NCBI GenBank assembly: GCA_964016885.1
Contig: OZ024751.1
Location: forward strand, 52,266,001-52,330,000
Source: Eledone cirrhosa
Taxonomy: Eukaryota
Length of the DNA stretch: 64,000 bases
Direction: 5' to 3'
Numbering within the stretch: the stretch's first letter is position 1; each line of letters opens with the position of its first letter. This document shows, piece after piece, positions 24,082-37,337 of the stretch. Below the pieces are notes generated by a model, which ran no database searches, was not told the origin of the DNA, and was given only the letters and a program-made list of their open reading frames with translations. Made by a program: the position numbers and the translations under genes.

Positions 24082-27000
24082 CTTGGTGTCAGGAAGGGCA
24101 TCTGACAGAGTACCTTACTGACAATAAGGTGTGACTTGGTGTCAGGAAGGACACCTAATATAGTGTACCTTACTTAGATACCCTTCCTGACACTAACCAC
24201 ACCTTACTCTGACAGAGTGTACCATATTTACAATAAGGTGTGGGTTGATGTCAGGAAGGGCATCTAAGTGTACCTTACTTAGAATAAGGCGTAGGTTGGT
24301 GTCAGGGAAGACATCTGACAGTGTGTACCTTACTTAGAATAAGGTATAGGTTGGTGTCAGGTAAGACATCTGATAGTGTGTACCTTACTTAGAATAAGGT
24401 ATAGGTTGGTGTCAGGGAAGACATCTGACAGTGTGTACCTTACTTAGAATAAGGTATAGGTTGGTGTCAGGGAAGACATCTGACAGTGTGTACCTTACTT
24501 AGAATAAGGTATAGGTTGGTGTCAGGGAAGACATCTGATAGTGTGTACCTTACTTAGAATAAGGCGTAGGTTGGTGTCAGGGAAGACATCTGACAGTGTG
24601 TACCTTACTTAGAATAAGGTATAGGTTGGTGTCAGGGAAGACATCTGACAGTGTGTACCTTACTTAGAATAAGGTATAGGTTGGTGTCAGGGAAGACATC
24701 TGATAGTGTGTACCTTACTTAGAGTAAGGTATAGGTTGGTGTCAGGGAAGACATCTGACAGTGTGTACCTTACTTAGAATAAGGTATAGGTTGGTGTCAG
24801 GGAAGACATCTGACAGTGTGTACCTTACTTAGAGTAAGGTATAGGTTGGTGTCAGGGAAGACATCTGATAGTGTGTACCTTACTTAGAGTAAGGTATAGG
24901 TTGGTGTCAGGGAAGACATCTGACAGTGTGTACCTTACTTAGAATAAGGTATAGGTTGGTGTCAGGGAAGACATCTGACAGTGTGTACCTTACTTAGAGT
25001 AAGGTATAGGTTGGTGTCAGGGAAGACATCTGACAGTGTGTACCTTACTTAGAGTAAGGTATAGGTTGGTGTCAGGGAAGACATCTGACAGTGTGTACCT
25101 TACTTAGAGTAAGGTATAGGTTGGTGTCAGGGAAGACATCTGACAGTGTGTACCTTACTTAGAGTAAGGTATAGGTTGGTGTCAGGGAGGACATCTGACA
25201 GTGTGTACCTTACTTAGAGTAAGGTATAGGTTGGTGTCAGGGAAGACATCTGATAGTGTGTACCTTACTTAGAGTAAGGTATAGGTTGGTGTCAGGGAAG
25301 ACATCTGACAGTGTGTACCTTACTTAGAGTAAGGTATAGGTTGGTGTCAGGGAAGACATCTGATAGTGTGTACCTTACTTAGAGTAAGGTATAGGTTGGT
25401 GTCAGGGAAGACATCTGACAGTGTGTACCTTACTTAGAATAAGGTATAGGTTGGTGTCAGGGAAGACATCTGACAGTGTGTACCTTACTTAGAGTAAGGT
25501 ATAGGTTGGTGTCAGGGAAGACATCTGACAGTGTGTACCTTACTTAGAGTAAGGTATAGGTTGGTGTCAGGGAAGACATCTGACAGTGTGTACCTTACTT
25601 AGAGTAAGGTATAGGTTGGTGTCAGGAAGGACATCTGACAGTGTGTACCTTACTTAGAATAAGGTATAGGTTGGTGTCAGGGAGGACATCTGACAGTGTG
25701 TACCTTACTTAGAGTAAGGTATAGGTTGGTGTCAGGAAGACATCTGACAGTGTGTACCTTACTTAGAGTAAGGTATAGGTTGGTGTCAGGAAGACATCTG
25801 ACAGTGTGTACCTTACTTAGAATAAGGCATAGGTTGGTGTCAGGGAAGACATCTGACAGTGTGTACCTTACTTAGAATAAGGTATAGGTTGGTGTCAGGA
25901 AGACATCTGACAGTGTGTACCTTACTTAGCATAAGGCGTAGGTTGGTGTCAGGGAAGACATCTGACAGTGTGTACCTTACTTAGAATAAGGTATAGGTTG
26001 GTGTAAGAAGGACATCTGACAGTGTGTACCTTACTTAGAATAAGGCATAGGTTGGTGTCAGGGAAGACATCTGACAGTGTGTACCTTACTTAGAATAAGG
26101 TATAGGTTGGTGTCAGGGAAGACATCTGACAGTGTGTACCTTACTTAGAGTAAGGTGTAGGTTGGTGTCAGGGAAGACATCTGACAGTGTGTACCTTACT
26201 TAGAGTAAGGTGTAGGTTGGTGTCAGGGAAGACATCTGACAGTGTGTACCTTACTTAGAATAAGGCGTAGGTTGGTGTCAGGGAAGACATCTGATAGTGT
26301 GTACCTTACTTAGAATAAGGCATAGGTTGGTGTCAGGGAAGACATCTGACAGTGTGTACCTTACTTAGAATAAGGTATAGGTTGGTGTCAGGGAAGACAT
26401 CTGACAGTGTGTACCTTACTTAGAGTAAGGTATAGGTTGGTGTCAGGGAAGACATCTGACAGTGTGTACCTTACTTAGAGTAAGGTATAGGTTGGTGTCA
26501 GGGAAGACATCTGACAGTGTGTACCTTACTTAGCATAAGGCGTAGGTTGGTGTCAGGGAAGACATCTGACAGTGTGTACCTTACTTAGCATAAGGCGTAG
26601 GTTGGTGTCAGGGAAGACATCTGATAGTGTGTACCTTACTTAGAGTAAGGTATAGGTTGGTGTCAGGGAAGACATCTGATAGTGTGTACCTTACTTAGAG
26701 TAAGGTATAGGTTGGTGTCAGGGAAGACATCTGATAGTGTGTACCTTACTTAGAGTAAGGTATAGGTTGGTGTCAGGGAAGACATCTGACAGTGTGTACC
26801 TTACTTAGAATAAGGTATAGGTTGGTGTCAGGAAGGACATCTGATAGTGTGTACCTTACTTAGAGTAAGGTATAGGTTGGTGTCAGGGAAGACATCTGAC
26901 AGTGTGTACCTTACTTAGAGTAAGGTATAGGTTGGTGTCAGGCAAGACATCTGACAGTGTGTACCTTACTTAGAGTAAGGTATAGGTTGGTGTCAGGGAA

Positions 27001-30000
27001 GACATCTGACAGTGTGTACCTTACTTAGAATAAGGTATAGGTTGGTGTCAGGGAAGACATCTGATAGTGTGTACCTTACTTAGAGTAAGGTATAGGTTGG
27101 TGTCAGGGAAGACATCTGACAGTGTGTACCTTACTCAGAATAAGGTATAGGTTGGTGTCAGGGAAGACATCTGACAGTGTGTACCTTACTTAGAGTAAGG
27201 TATAGGTTGGTGTCAGGGAAGACATCTGATAGTGTGTACCTTACTTAGAGTAAGGTATAGGTTGGTGTCAGGGAAGACATCTGATAGTGTGTACCTTACT
27301 TAGAGTAAGGTATAGGTTGGTGTCAGGGAAGACATCTGATAGTGTGTACCTTACTTAGAGTAAGGTATAGGTTGGTGTCAGGGAAGACATCTGACAGTGT
27401 GTACCTTACTTAGAATAATGTATAGGTTGGTGTCAGGGAAGACATCTGACAGTGTGTACCTTACTTAGAGTAAGGTATAGGTTGGTGTCAGGGAAGACAT
27501 CTGACAGTGTGTACCTTACTTAGAGTAAGGTATAGGTTGGTGTCAGGGAAGACATCTGACAGTGTGTACCTTACTTAGAGTAAGGTATAGGTTGGTGTCA
27601 GGAAGGACATCTGATAGTGTGTACCTTACTTAGAGTAAGGTATAGGTTGGTGTCAGGGAAGACATCTGACAGTGTGTACCTTACTTAGAGTAAGGTATAG
27701 GTTGGTGTCAGGGAAGACATCTGATAGTGTGTACCTTACTTAGAGTAAGGTATAGGTTGGTGTCAGGAAGGACATCTGACAGTGTGTACCTTACTTAGAG
27801 TAAGGTATAGGTTGGTGTCAGGGAAGACATCTGATAGTGTGTACCTTACTTAGAGTAAGGTATAGGTTGGTGTCAGGGAAGACATCTGATAGTGTGTACC
27901 TTACTTAGAGTAAGGTATAGGTTGGTGTCAGGGAAGACATCTGATAGTGTGTACCTTACTTAGAGTAAGGTATAGGTTGGTGTCAGGGAAGACATCTGAC
28001 AGTGTGTACCTTACTTAGAATAAGGTATAGGTTGGTGTCAGGGAAGACATCTGATAGTGTGTACCTTACTTAGAGTAAGGTATAGGTTGGTGTCAGGGAA
28101 GACATCTGACAGTGTGTACCTTACTTAGAATAAGGTATAGGTTGGTGTCAGGGAAGACATCTGATAGTGTGTACCTTACTTAGAGTAAGGTATAGGTTGG
28201 TGTCAGGGAAGACATCTGACAGTGTGTACCTTACTTAGAGTAAGGTATAGGTTGGTGTCAGGGAAGACATCTGACAGTGTGTACCTTACTTAGAATAAGG
28301 TATAGGTTGGTGTCAGGGAAGACATCTGATAGTGTGTACCTTACTTAGAGTAAGGTATAGGTTGGTCTCAGGGAAGACATCTGACAGTGTGTACCTTACT
28401 TAGAATAAGGTATAGGTTGGTGTCAGGGAAGACATCTGACAGTGTGTACCTTACTTAGAGTAAGGTATAGGTTGGTGTCAGGGAAGACATCTGACAGTGT
28501 GTACCTTACTTAGTGTAAGGTATAGGTTGGTGTCAGGGAAGACATCTGACAGTGTGTACCTTACTTAGAATAAGGTATAGGTTGGTGTCAGGGAAGACAT
28601 CTGATAGTGTGTACCTTACTTAGAATAAGGTATAGGTTGGTCTCAGGGAAGACATCTGACAGTGTGTACCTTACTTAGAGTAAGGTATAGGTTGGTGTCA
28701 GGGAAGACATCTGACAGTGTGTACCTTACTTAGAGTAAGGTATAGGTTGGTGTCAGGGAAGACATCTGACAGTGTGTACCTTACTTAGAGTAAGGTATAG
28801 GTTGGTGTCAGGGAGGACATCTGACAGTGTGTACCTTACTTAGAGTAAGGTATAGGTTGGTGTCAGGGAAGACATCTGATAGTGTGTACCTTACTTAGAG
28901 TAAGGTATAGGTTGGTGTCAGGAAGGACATCTGACAGTGTGTACCTTACTTAGAATAAGGTATAGGTTGGTGTCAGGGAAGACATCTGACAGTGTGTACC
29001 TTACTTAGAGTAAGGTATAGGTTGGTGTCAGGGAAGACATCTGACAGTGTGTACCTTACTTAGAGTAAGGTATAGGTTGGTGTCAGGGAAGACATCTGAC
29101 AGTGTGTACCTTACTTAGAGTAAGGTATAGGTTGGTGTCAGGGAAGACATCTGACAGTGTGTACCTTACTTAGAGTAAGGTATAGGTTGGTGTCAGGGAG
29201 GACATCTGACAGTGTGTACCTTACTTAGAGTAAGGTATAGGTTGGTGTCAGGGAAGACATCTGACAGTGTGTACCTTACTTAGAGTAAGGTATAGGTTGG
29301 TGTCAGGGAGGACATCTGACAGTGTGTACCTTACTTAGAGTAAGGTATAGGTTGGTGTCAGGGAAGACATCTGATAGTGTGTACCTTACTTAGAGTAAGG
29401 TATAGGTTGGTGTCAGGAAGGACATCTGACAGTGTGTACCTTACTTAGAATAAGGTATAGGTTGGTGTCAGGGAAGACATCTGACAGTGTGTACCTTACT
29501 TAGAGTAAGGTATAGGTTGGTGTCAGGGAAGACATCTGACAGTGTGTACCTTACTTAGAGTAAGGTATAGGTTGGTGTCAGGGAAGACATGTGACAGTGT
29601 GTACCTTACTTAGAGTAAGGTATAGGTTGGTGTCAGGAAGGACATCTGACAGTGTGTACCTTACTTAGAATAAGGTATAGGTTGGTGTCAGGGAGGACAT
29701 CTGACAGTGTGTACCTTACTTAGAGTAAGGTATAGGTTGGTGTCAGGAAGACATCTGACAGTGTGTACCTTACTTAGAGTAAGGTATAGGTTGGTGTCAG
29801 GAAGACATCTGACAGTGTGTACCTTACTTAGAATAAGGTATAGGTTGGTGTCAGGGAAGACATCTGACAGTGTGTACCTTACTTAGAATAAGGTATAGGT
29901 TGGTGTCAGGAAGACATCTGACAGTGTGTACCTTACTTAGAATAAGGCATAGGTTGGTGTCAGGGAAGACATCTGACAGTGTGTACCTTACTTAGAATAA

Positions 30001-33000
30001 GGTATAGGTTGGTGTCAGGGAAGACATCTGACAGTGTGTACCTTACTTAGAGTAAGGTGTAGGTTGGTGTCAGGGAAGACATCTGACAGTGTGTACCTTA
30101 CTTAGAGTAAGGTGTAGGTTGGTGTCAGGGAAGACATCTGACAGTGTGTACCTTACTTAGAATAAGGCGTAGGTTGGTGTCAGGGAAGACATCTGATAGT
30201 GTGTACCTTACTTAGAATAAGGCATAGGTTGGTGTCAGGGAAGACATCTGACAGTGTGTACCTTACTTAGAATAAGGTATAGGTTGGTGTCAGGGAAGAC
30301 ATCTGACAGTGTGTACCTTACTTAGAGTAAGGTATAGGTTGGTGTCAGGGAAGACATCTGACAGTGTGTACCTTACTTAGAGTAAGGTATAGGTTGGTGT
30401 CAGGGAAGACATCTGACAGTGTGTACCTTACTTAGCATAAGGCGTAGGTTGGTGTCAGGGAAGACATCTGACAGTGTGTACCTTACTTAGCATAAGGCGT
30501 AGGTTGGTGTCAGGGAAGACATCTGATAGTGTGTACCTTACTTAGAGTAAGGTATAGGTTGGTGTCAGGGAAGACATCTGATAGTGTGTACCTTACTTAG
30601 AGTAAGGTATAGGTTGGTGTCAGGGAAGACATCTGATAGTGTGTACCTTACTTAGAGTAAGGTATAGGTTGGTGTCAGGGAAGACATCTGACAGTGTGTA
30701 CCTTACTTAGAATAAGGTATAGGTTGGCGTCAGGAAGGACATCTGATAGTGTGTACCTTACTTAGAGTAAGGTATAGGTTGGTGTCAGGGAAGACATCTG
30801 ACAGTGTGTACCTTACTTAGAGTAAGGTATAGGTTGGTGTCAGGGAAGACATCTGACAGTGTGTACCTTACTTAGAGTAAGGTATAGGTTGGTGTCAGGC
30901 AAGACATCTGACAGTGTGTACCTTACTTAGAGTAAGGTATAGGTTGGTGTCAGGGAAGACATCTGACAGTGTGTACCTTACTTAGAATAAGGTATAGGTT
31001 GGTGTCAGGGAAGACATCTGACAGTGTGTACCTTACTTAGAGTAAGGTATAGGTTGGTGTCAGGGAAGACATCTGACAGTGTGTACCTTACTTAGAGTAA
31101 GGTATAGGTTGGTGTCAGGGAAGACATCTGACAGTGTGTACCTTACTTAGAGTAAGGTATAGGTTGGTGTCAGGAAGGACATCTGATAGTGTGTACCTTA
31201 CTTAGAGTAAGGTATAGGTTGGTGTCAGGGAAGACATCTGACAGTGTGTACCTTACTTAGAGTAAGGTATAGGTTGGTGTCAGGGAAGACATCTGATAGT
31301 GTGTACCTTTCTTAGAGTAAGGTATAGGTTGGTGTCAGGAAGGACATCTGACAGTGTGTACCTTACTTAGAGTAAGGTATAGGTTGGTGTCAGGGAAGAC
31401 ATCTGATAGTGTGTACCTTACTTAGAGTAAGGTATAGGTTGGTGTCAGGGAAGACATCTGATAGTGTGTACCTTACTTAGAGTAAGGTATAGGTTGGTGT
31501 CAGGGAAGACATCTGATAGTGTGTACCTTACTTAGAGTAAGGTATAGGTTGGTGTCAGGGAAGACATCTGACAGTGTGTACCTTACTTAGAATAAGGTAT
31601 AGGTTGGTGTCAGGGAAGACATCTGATAGTGTGTACCTTACTTAGAGTAAGGTATAGGTTGGTGTCAGGGAAGACATCTGACAGTGTGTACCTTACTTAG
31701 AATAAGGTATAGGTTGGTGTCAGGGAAGACATCTGATAGTGTGTACCTTACTTAGAGTAAGGTATAGGTTGGTGTCAGGGAAGACATCTGACAGTGTGTA
31801 CCTTACTTAGAATAAGGTATAGGTTGGTGTCAGGAAGGACATCTGATAGTGTGTACCTTACTTAGAGTAAGGTATAGGTTGGTGTCAGGGAAGACATCTG
31901 ACAGTGTGTACCTTACTTAGAGTAAGGTATAGGTTGGTGTCAGGGAAGACATCTGACAGTGTGTACCTTACTTAGAGTAAGGTATAGGTTGGTGTCAGGG
32001 AAGACATCTGACAGTGTGTACCTTACTTAGAGTAAGGTATAGGTTGGTGTCAGGGAAGACATCTGACAGTGTGTACCTTACTTAGAATAAGGTATAGGTT
32101 GGTGTCAGGGAAGACATCTGATAGTGTGTACCTTACTTAGAGTAAGGTATAGGTTGGTCTCAGGGAAGACATCTGACAGTGTGTACCTTACTTAGAATAA
32201 GGTATAGGTTGGTGTCAGGGAAGACATCTGACAGTGTGTACCTTACTTAGAGTAAGGTATAGGTTGGTGTCAGGGAAGACATCTGACAGTGTGTACCTTA
32301 CTTAGAGTAAGGTATAGGTTGGTGTCAGGGAAGACATCTGACAGTGTGTACCTTACTTAGAATAAGGTATAGGTTGGTGTCAGGGAAGACATCTGATAGT
32401 GTGTACCTTACTTAGAATAAGGTATAGGTTGGTCTCAGGGAAGACATCTGACAGTGTGTACCTTACTTAGAGTAAGGTATAGGTTGGTGTCAGGGAAGAC
32501 ATCTGACAGTGTGTACCTTACTTAGAGTAAGGTATAGGTTGGTGTCAGGGAAGACATCTGACAGTGTGTACCTTACTTAGAGTAAGGTATAGGTTGGTGT
32601 CAGGGAGGACATCTGACAGTGTGTACCTTACTTAGAGTAAGGTATAGGTTGGTGTCAGGGAAGACATCTGATAGTGTGTACCTTACTTAGAGTAAGGTAT
32701 AGGTTGGTGTCAGGAAGGACATCTGACAGTGTGTACCTTACTTAGAATAAGGTATAGGTTGGTGTCAGGGAAGACATCTGACAGTGTGTACCTTACTTAG
32801 AGTAAGGTATAGGTTGGTGTCAGGGAAGACATCTGACAGTGTGTACCTTACTTAGAGTAAGGTATAGGTTGGTGTCAGGGAAGACATCTGACAGTGTGTA
32901 CCTTACTTAGAGTAAGGTATAGGTTGGTGTCAGGGAAGACATCTGACAGTGTGTACCTTACTTAGAGTAAGGTATAGGTTGGTGTCAGGGAGGACATCTG

Positions 33001-35465
33001 ACAGTGTGTACCTTACTTAGAGTAAGGTATAGGTTGGTGTCAGGGAAGACATCTGACAGTGTGTACCTTACTTAGAGTAAGGTATAGGTTGGTGTCAGGG
33101 AGGACATCTGACAGTGTGTACCTTACTTAGAGTAAGGTATAGGTTGGTGTCAGGGAAGACATCTGACAGTGTGTACCCTACTTAGAGTAAGGTATAGGTT
33201 GGTGTCAGGGAGGACATCTGACAGTGTGTACCTTACTTAGAGTAAGGTATAGGTTGGTGTCAGGGAAGACATCTGATAGTGTGTACCTTACTTAGAGTAA
33301 GGTATAGGTTGGTGTCAGGAAGGACATCTGACAGTGTGTACCTTACTTAGAATAAGGTATAGGTTGGTGTCAGGGAAGACATCTGACAGTGTGTACCTTA
33401 CTTAGAGTAAGGTATAGGTTGGTGTCAGGGAAGACATCTGACAGTGTGTACCTTACTTAGAGTAAGGTATAGGTTGGTGTCAGGAAGGACATCTGACAGT
33501 GTGTACCTTACTTAGAATAAGGTATAGGTTGGTGTCAGGGAAGACATCTGACAGTGTGTACCTTACTTAGAGTAAGGTATAGGTTGGTGTCAGGAAGACA
33601 TCTGACAGTGTGTACCTTACTTAGAGTAAGGTATAGGTTGGTGTCAGGAAGACATCTGACAGTGTGTACCTTACTTAGAGTAAGGTATAGGTTGGTGTCA
33701 GGAAGACATCTGACAGTGTGTACCTTACTTAGAATAAGGTATAGGTTGGTGTCAGGGAAGACATCTGACAGTGTGTACCTTACTTAGCATAAGGCGTAGG
33801 TTGGTGTCAGGGAAGACATCTGACAGTGTGTACCTTACTTAGAATAAGGTATAGGTTGGTGTCAGGGAAGACATCTGATAGTGTGTACCTTACTTAGAGT
33901 AAGGTATAGGTTGGTGTCAGGGAAGACATCTGACAGTGTGTACCTTACTTAGAGTAAGGTGTAGGTTGGTGTCAGGGAAGACATCTGACAGTGTGTACCT
34001 TACTTAGAATAAGGTATAGGTTGGTGTCAGGGAAGACATCTGACAGTGTGTACCTTACTTAGAGTAAGGTATAGGTTGGTGTCAGGGAAGACATCTGACA
34101 GTGTGTACCTTACTTAGAGTAAGGTATAGGTTGGTGTCAGGGAAGACATCTGACAGTGTGTACCTTACTTAGAATAAGGTATAGGTTGGTGTCAGGGAAG
34201 ACATCTGACAGTGTGTACCTTACTTAGCATAAGGCGTAGGTTGGTGTCAGGGAAGACATCTGACAGTGTGTACCTTACTTAGAATAAGGTATAGGTTGGT
34301 GTCAGGGAAGACATCTGACAGTGTGTACCTTACTTAGAATAAGGTATAGGTTGGTGTCAGGGAAGACATCTGACAGTGTGTACCTTACTTAGAATAAGGC
34401 GTAGGTTGGTGTCAGGGAAGACATCTGACAGTGTGTACCTTACTTAGAATAAGGCGTAGGTTGGTGTCAGGGAAGACATCTGACAGTGTGTACCTTACTT
34501 AGAGTAAGGTATAGGTTGGTGTCAGGGAAGACATCTGACAGTGTGTACCTTACTTAGAATAAGGTATAGGTTGGTGTCAGGGAAGACATCTGACAGTGTG
34601 TACCTTACTTAGAATAAGGTATAGGTTGGTGTCAGGGAAGACATCTGACAGTGTGTACCTTACTTAGCATAAGGCGTAGGTTGGTGTCAGGGAAGACATC
34701 TGACAGTGTGTACCTTACTTAGAATAAGGCGTAGGTTGGTGTCAGGGAAGACATCTGACAGTGTGTACCTTACTTAGAGTAAGGTATAGGTTGGTGTCAG
34801 GGAAGACATCTGACAGTGTGTACCTTACTTAGAGTAAGGTGTAGGTTGGTGTCAGGGAAGACATCTGACAGTGTGTACCTTACTTAGAATAAGGCGTAGG
34901 TTGGTGTCAGGGAAGACATCTGATAGTGTGTACCTTACTTAGAATAAGGCGTAGGTTGGTGTCAGGGAAGACATCTGATAGTGTGTACCTTACTTAGAAT
35001 AAGGCGTAGGTTGGTGTCAGGGAAGACATCTGACAGTGTGTACCTTCCTTAGAATAAGGTATAGGTTGGTGTCAGGGAAGACATCTGACAGTGTGTACCT
35101 TACTTAGAATAAGGTATAGGTTGGTGTCAGGGAAGACATCTGATAGTGTGTACCTTACTTAGAGTAAGGTATAGGTTGGTGTCAGGAAGGACATCTGACA
35201 GTGTGTACCTTACTTAGAATAAGGTATAGGTTGGTGTCAGGGAAGACATCTGACAGTGTGTACCTTACTTAGAATAAGGTATAGGTTGGTGTCAGGGAAG
35301 ACATCTGATAGTGTGTACCTTACTTAGAGTAAGGTATAGGTTGGTGTCAGGGAAGACATCTGATAGTGTGTACCTTACTTAGAGTAAGGTATAGGTTGGT
35401 GTCAGGGAAGACATCTGACAGTGTGTACCTTACTTAGAGTAAAATATAGGTTGGTGTAAAGAAGG
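24082..35465. repeat. 55-bp tandem satellite, about 200 copies
   Basis: Unit GTGTGTACCTTACTTAGA(G/A)TAAGGTATAGGTTGGTGTCAGGGAAGACATCTGA(C/T)A, period 55 (for example 24321 to 24376), with occasional 54-bp units and degenerate units at 24082-24270. Confidence 0.99.
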
Positions 35466-35489
35466 CCATGGATATCCTGCCACAAAAGA

Positions 35490-35547
35490 CTTTGTCCAAC
35501 TCTAGCAGGCATGGAAAAACAGACATAAAAGCGATGTTGATAATAAT
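35490..35547 (+). mobile_element. degenerate RTE-type 3' terminus abutting the satellite
   Basis: TGTCCAACTCTAGCAGGCATGGAAAAACAGACATAAAAGCGATGTTGAT resembles GTCCAAACCCATGCAAGCATGGAACACGGACGTTAAACGATGATGAT at 58438. Confidence 0.65.
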
Positions 35548-35969
35548 TATCTACATGGAGGGCATGGGTGGTTGGGCAGCCTATAGTTGCTAATTATGAA
35601 ACGGCACCATTAATTGTTTGATGAGGGTAATCCTCCTCCTCCTTCTTTCATCCCATGCCTCTCTCTACTCCCTTCCACACCCTCATTCTATTTACTATAT
35701 CATCTAACATGATATTACTTCTGATTCAATTACATCCGACGGGGGTAGGGGAATTGCTGTGAAACTTGACCATATTAGGTAAAAACAGAAAAACTAATAA
35801 ACCTAGTCTTCCTTTACTGGATTTACAGATGACTCAGAGTTTAGTAAGATGGTCTCATCATAGGGGGAAATAAAATCAATTCTTTTGCCATTTAGTTCTC
35901 ATTTTGGGAAGAAGCCTGTTGGGTGGATGGTGGTGGTGCTAGTGGTGGTTGGGGGGGGGCAATGTGGCT

Positions 35970-36122
35970 GCAGTGTGTGTGTGTGTATCTGCCTGTCTAT
36001 CTATCTATATTTCTCTGTCTGTTTTCTGTATGTTTGTCTATCTATTTGTCTGCTTTTATGTCTATCTATCTGTCTCTCTGTCTCTCTGTCTATCTCTCTA
36101 TATATCCATCTGTCTGTCTGAC
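35970..36122. repeat. (TCTA/TCTG)n microsatellite
   Basis: Tetranucleotide runs. Confidence 0.85.
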
Positions 36123-36254
36123 CGTGTCAAGTATATATTTTAGGAGTGTTTGATAAATTGCCAACAATGACAACAAGTGAAAAGATTATATATAGAATAG
36201 TTATTAAAAAAAAGGATATCAAGTAGTAGTAGTAGTAGTAGTAGTAATTTTAGG

Positions 36255-36505
36255 TAGATGGGCAGCAATCTTTTTGAAGAGTAGGGAAAGTCAATTAAAA
36301 TGACCCTGTGCTTCACTGGTACTTTATTCTATCAATCCCAGAAGGATGAAAGGCAAAACTGACTTCAATGGGATTTTAACTCAAAAACGTAGAAAAATCA
36401 TAACTAAATGCCACAAAGCATGGTGTCCGACCCTCTACTGATACTGCCAATCCACTGCCCTAGCATGGTGTCCGACCCTCTACCAATGCAGCCAATCCAC
36501 CGCCC
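36255..36505 (-). mobile_element. degenerate SINE (Nin/Deu-like core family) with duplicated head
   Basis: AAGGATGAAAGGCAAA core. AGCATGGTGTCCGACCCTCTAC...GCCAATCCAC is repeated at about 36417 and 36462. Confidence 0.75.
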
Positions 36506-36845
36506 TCCACCATATAGATAATAAACAATAAACAGTGATGATGATGATTGATAATGTTTTCTAAGCCCAGGTCATAGAAGAGAGATGGACTCCAACCTGT
36601 TTGTAAAGTAATGTAAAGTAGAACAGAGAATAAGTGTGCTCTTGGTCATAGCATACACCAGAAGGTTTGCTATATACATATATACTATTTAATAATAATG
36701 TTATATATTTATTGAATTGTTATTGCAAATACCCCTGTTTTTTTTATATAGTAGGAATCACTGTCATATACAGCTAGTTTAATGCAGAATAGCTTTTTGT
36801 GAGCATATATATGTATATATATATATATATATGTGTGTGTGTATA

Positions 36846-37120
36846 CATCATCATTGTTTAACATCCATTTTTGCATGCTAGCATGAGTTAGACGAGTTGT
36901 CCTGTTGTAAGACAAGTCAGATCAGATGGCTGTGTCTTGCTCATACAGAACTGTTTCTGGCTTGGCTTCTATGGCTGGATGACCTTTCTAATCCATACAA
37001 CACTTACAGTGTGGACTGGGTGCTTTTTATCATAGCACCAAAATGAAGACTCCACAGACCAGACTGAATGCCTTTTGTCGTGTCACCATATGATGACCAT
37101 ACAGAGTGGACTGGGTTTTT
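36846..37120 (-). mobile_element. degenerate RTE-type 3' tail (SINE/LINE remnant)
   Basis: (CAT)n, CATGCTAGCATG hairpin and GGCTGGATGACCTTTCTAA, the reverse complement of the RTE 3'UTR motif. Confidence 0.7.
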
Positions 37121-37306
37121 ATTTGTCATACACACATATATATATATATACACACACACACATACATTTACATATATACACATACACACATACCTGTACA
37201 TATACACACACACACACACATATATATATTATAGACACACACACACTCGTGCATACACACACATACATGTAAGATGTTTTCTTGTAGAATACACATTTCA
37301 ATGCGT

Positions 37307-37337
<31 letters not shown>

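Noticed and set aside
24321-24375. Hammerhead ribozyme in the satellite monomer
   Set aside because: CTGACAG/CTGATAG does not match CUGANGA, and there is no GAAA core on either strand.
33554-33787. 77-aa repetitive ORF in the satellite
   Set aside because: It arises only because three consecutive 54-bp units keep a stop-free frame.
24268-35465. CRISPR array
   Set aside because: The units are contiguous near-identical 55-mers with no unique spacers, there are no cas genes, and the context is eukaryotic.
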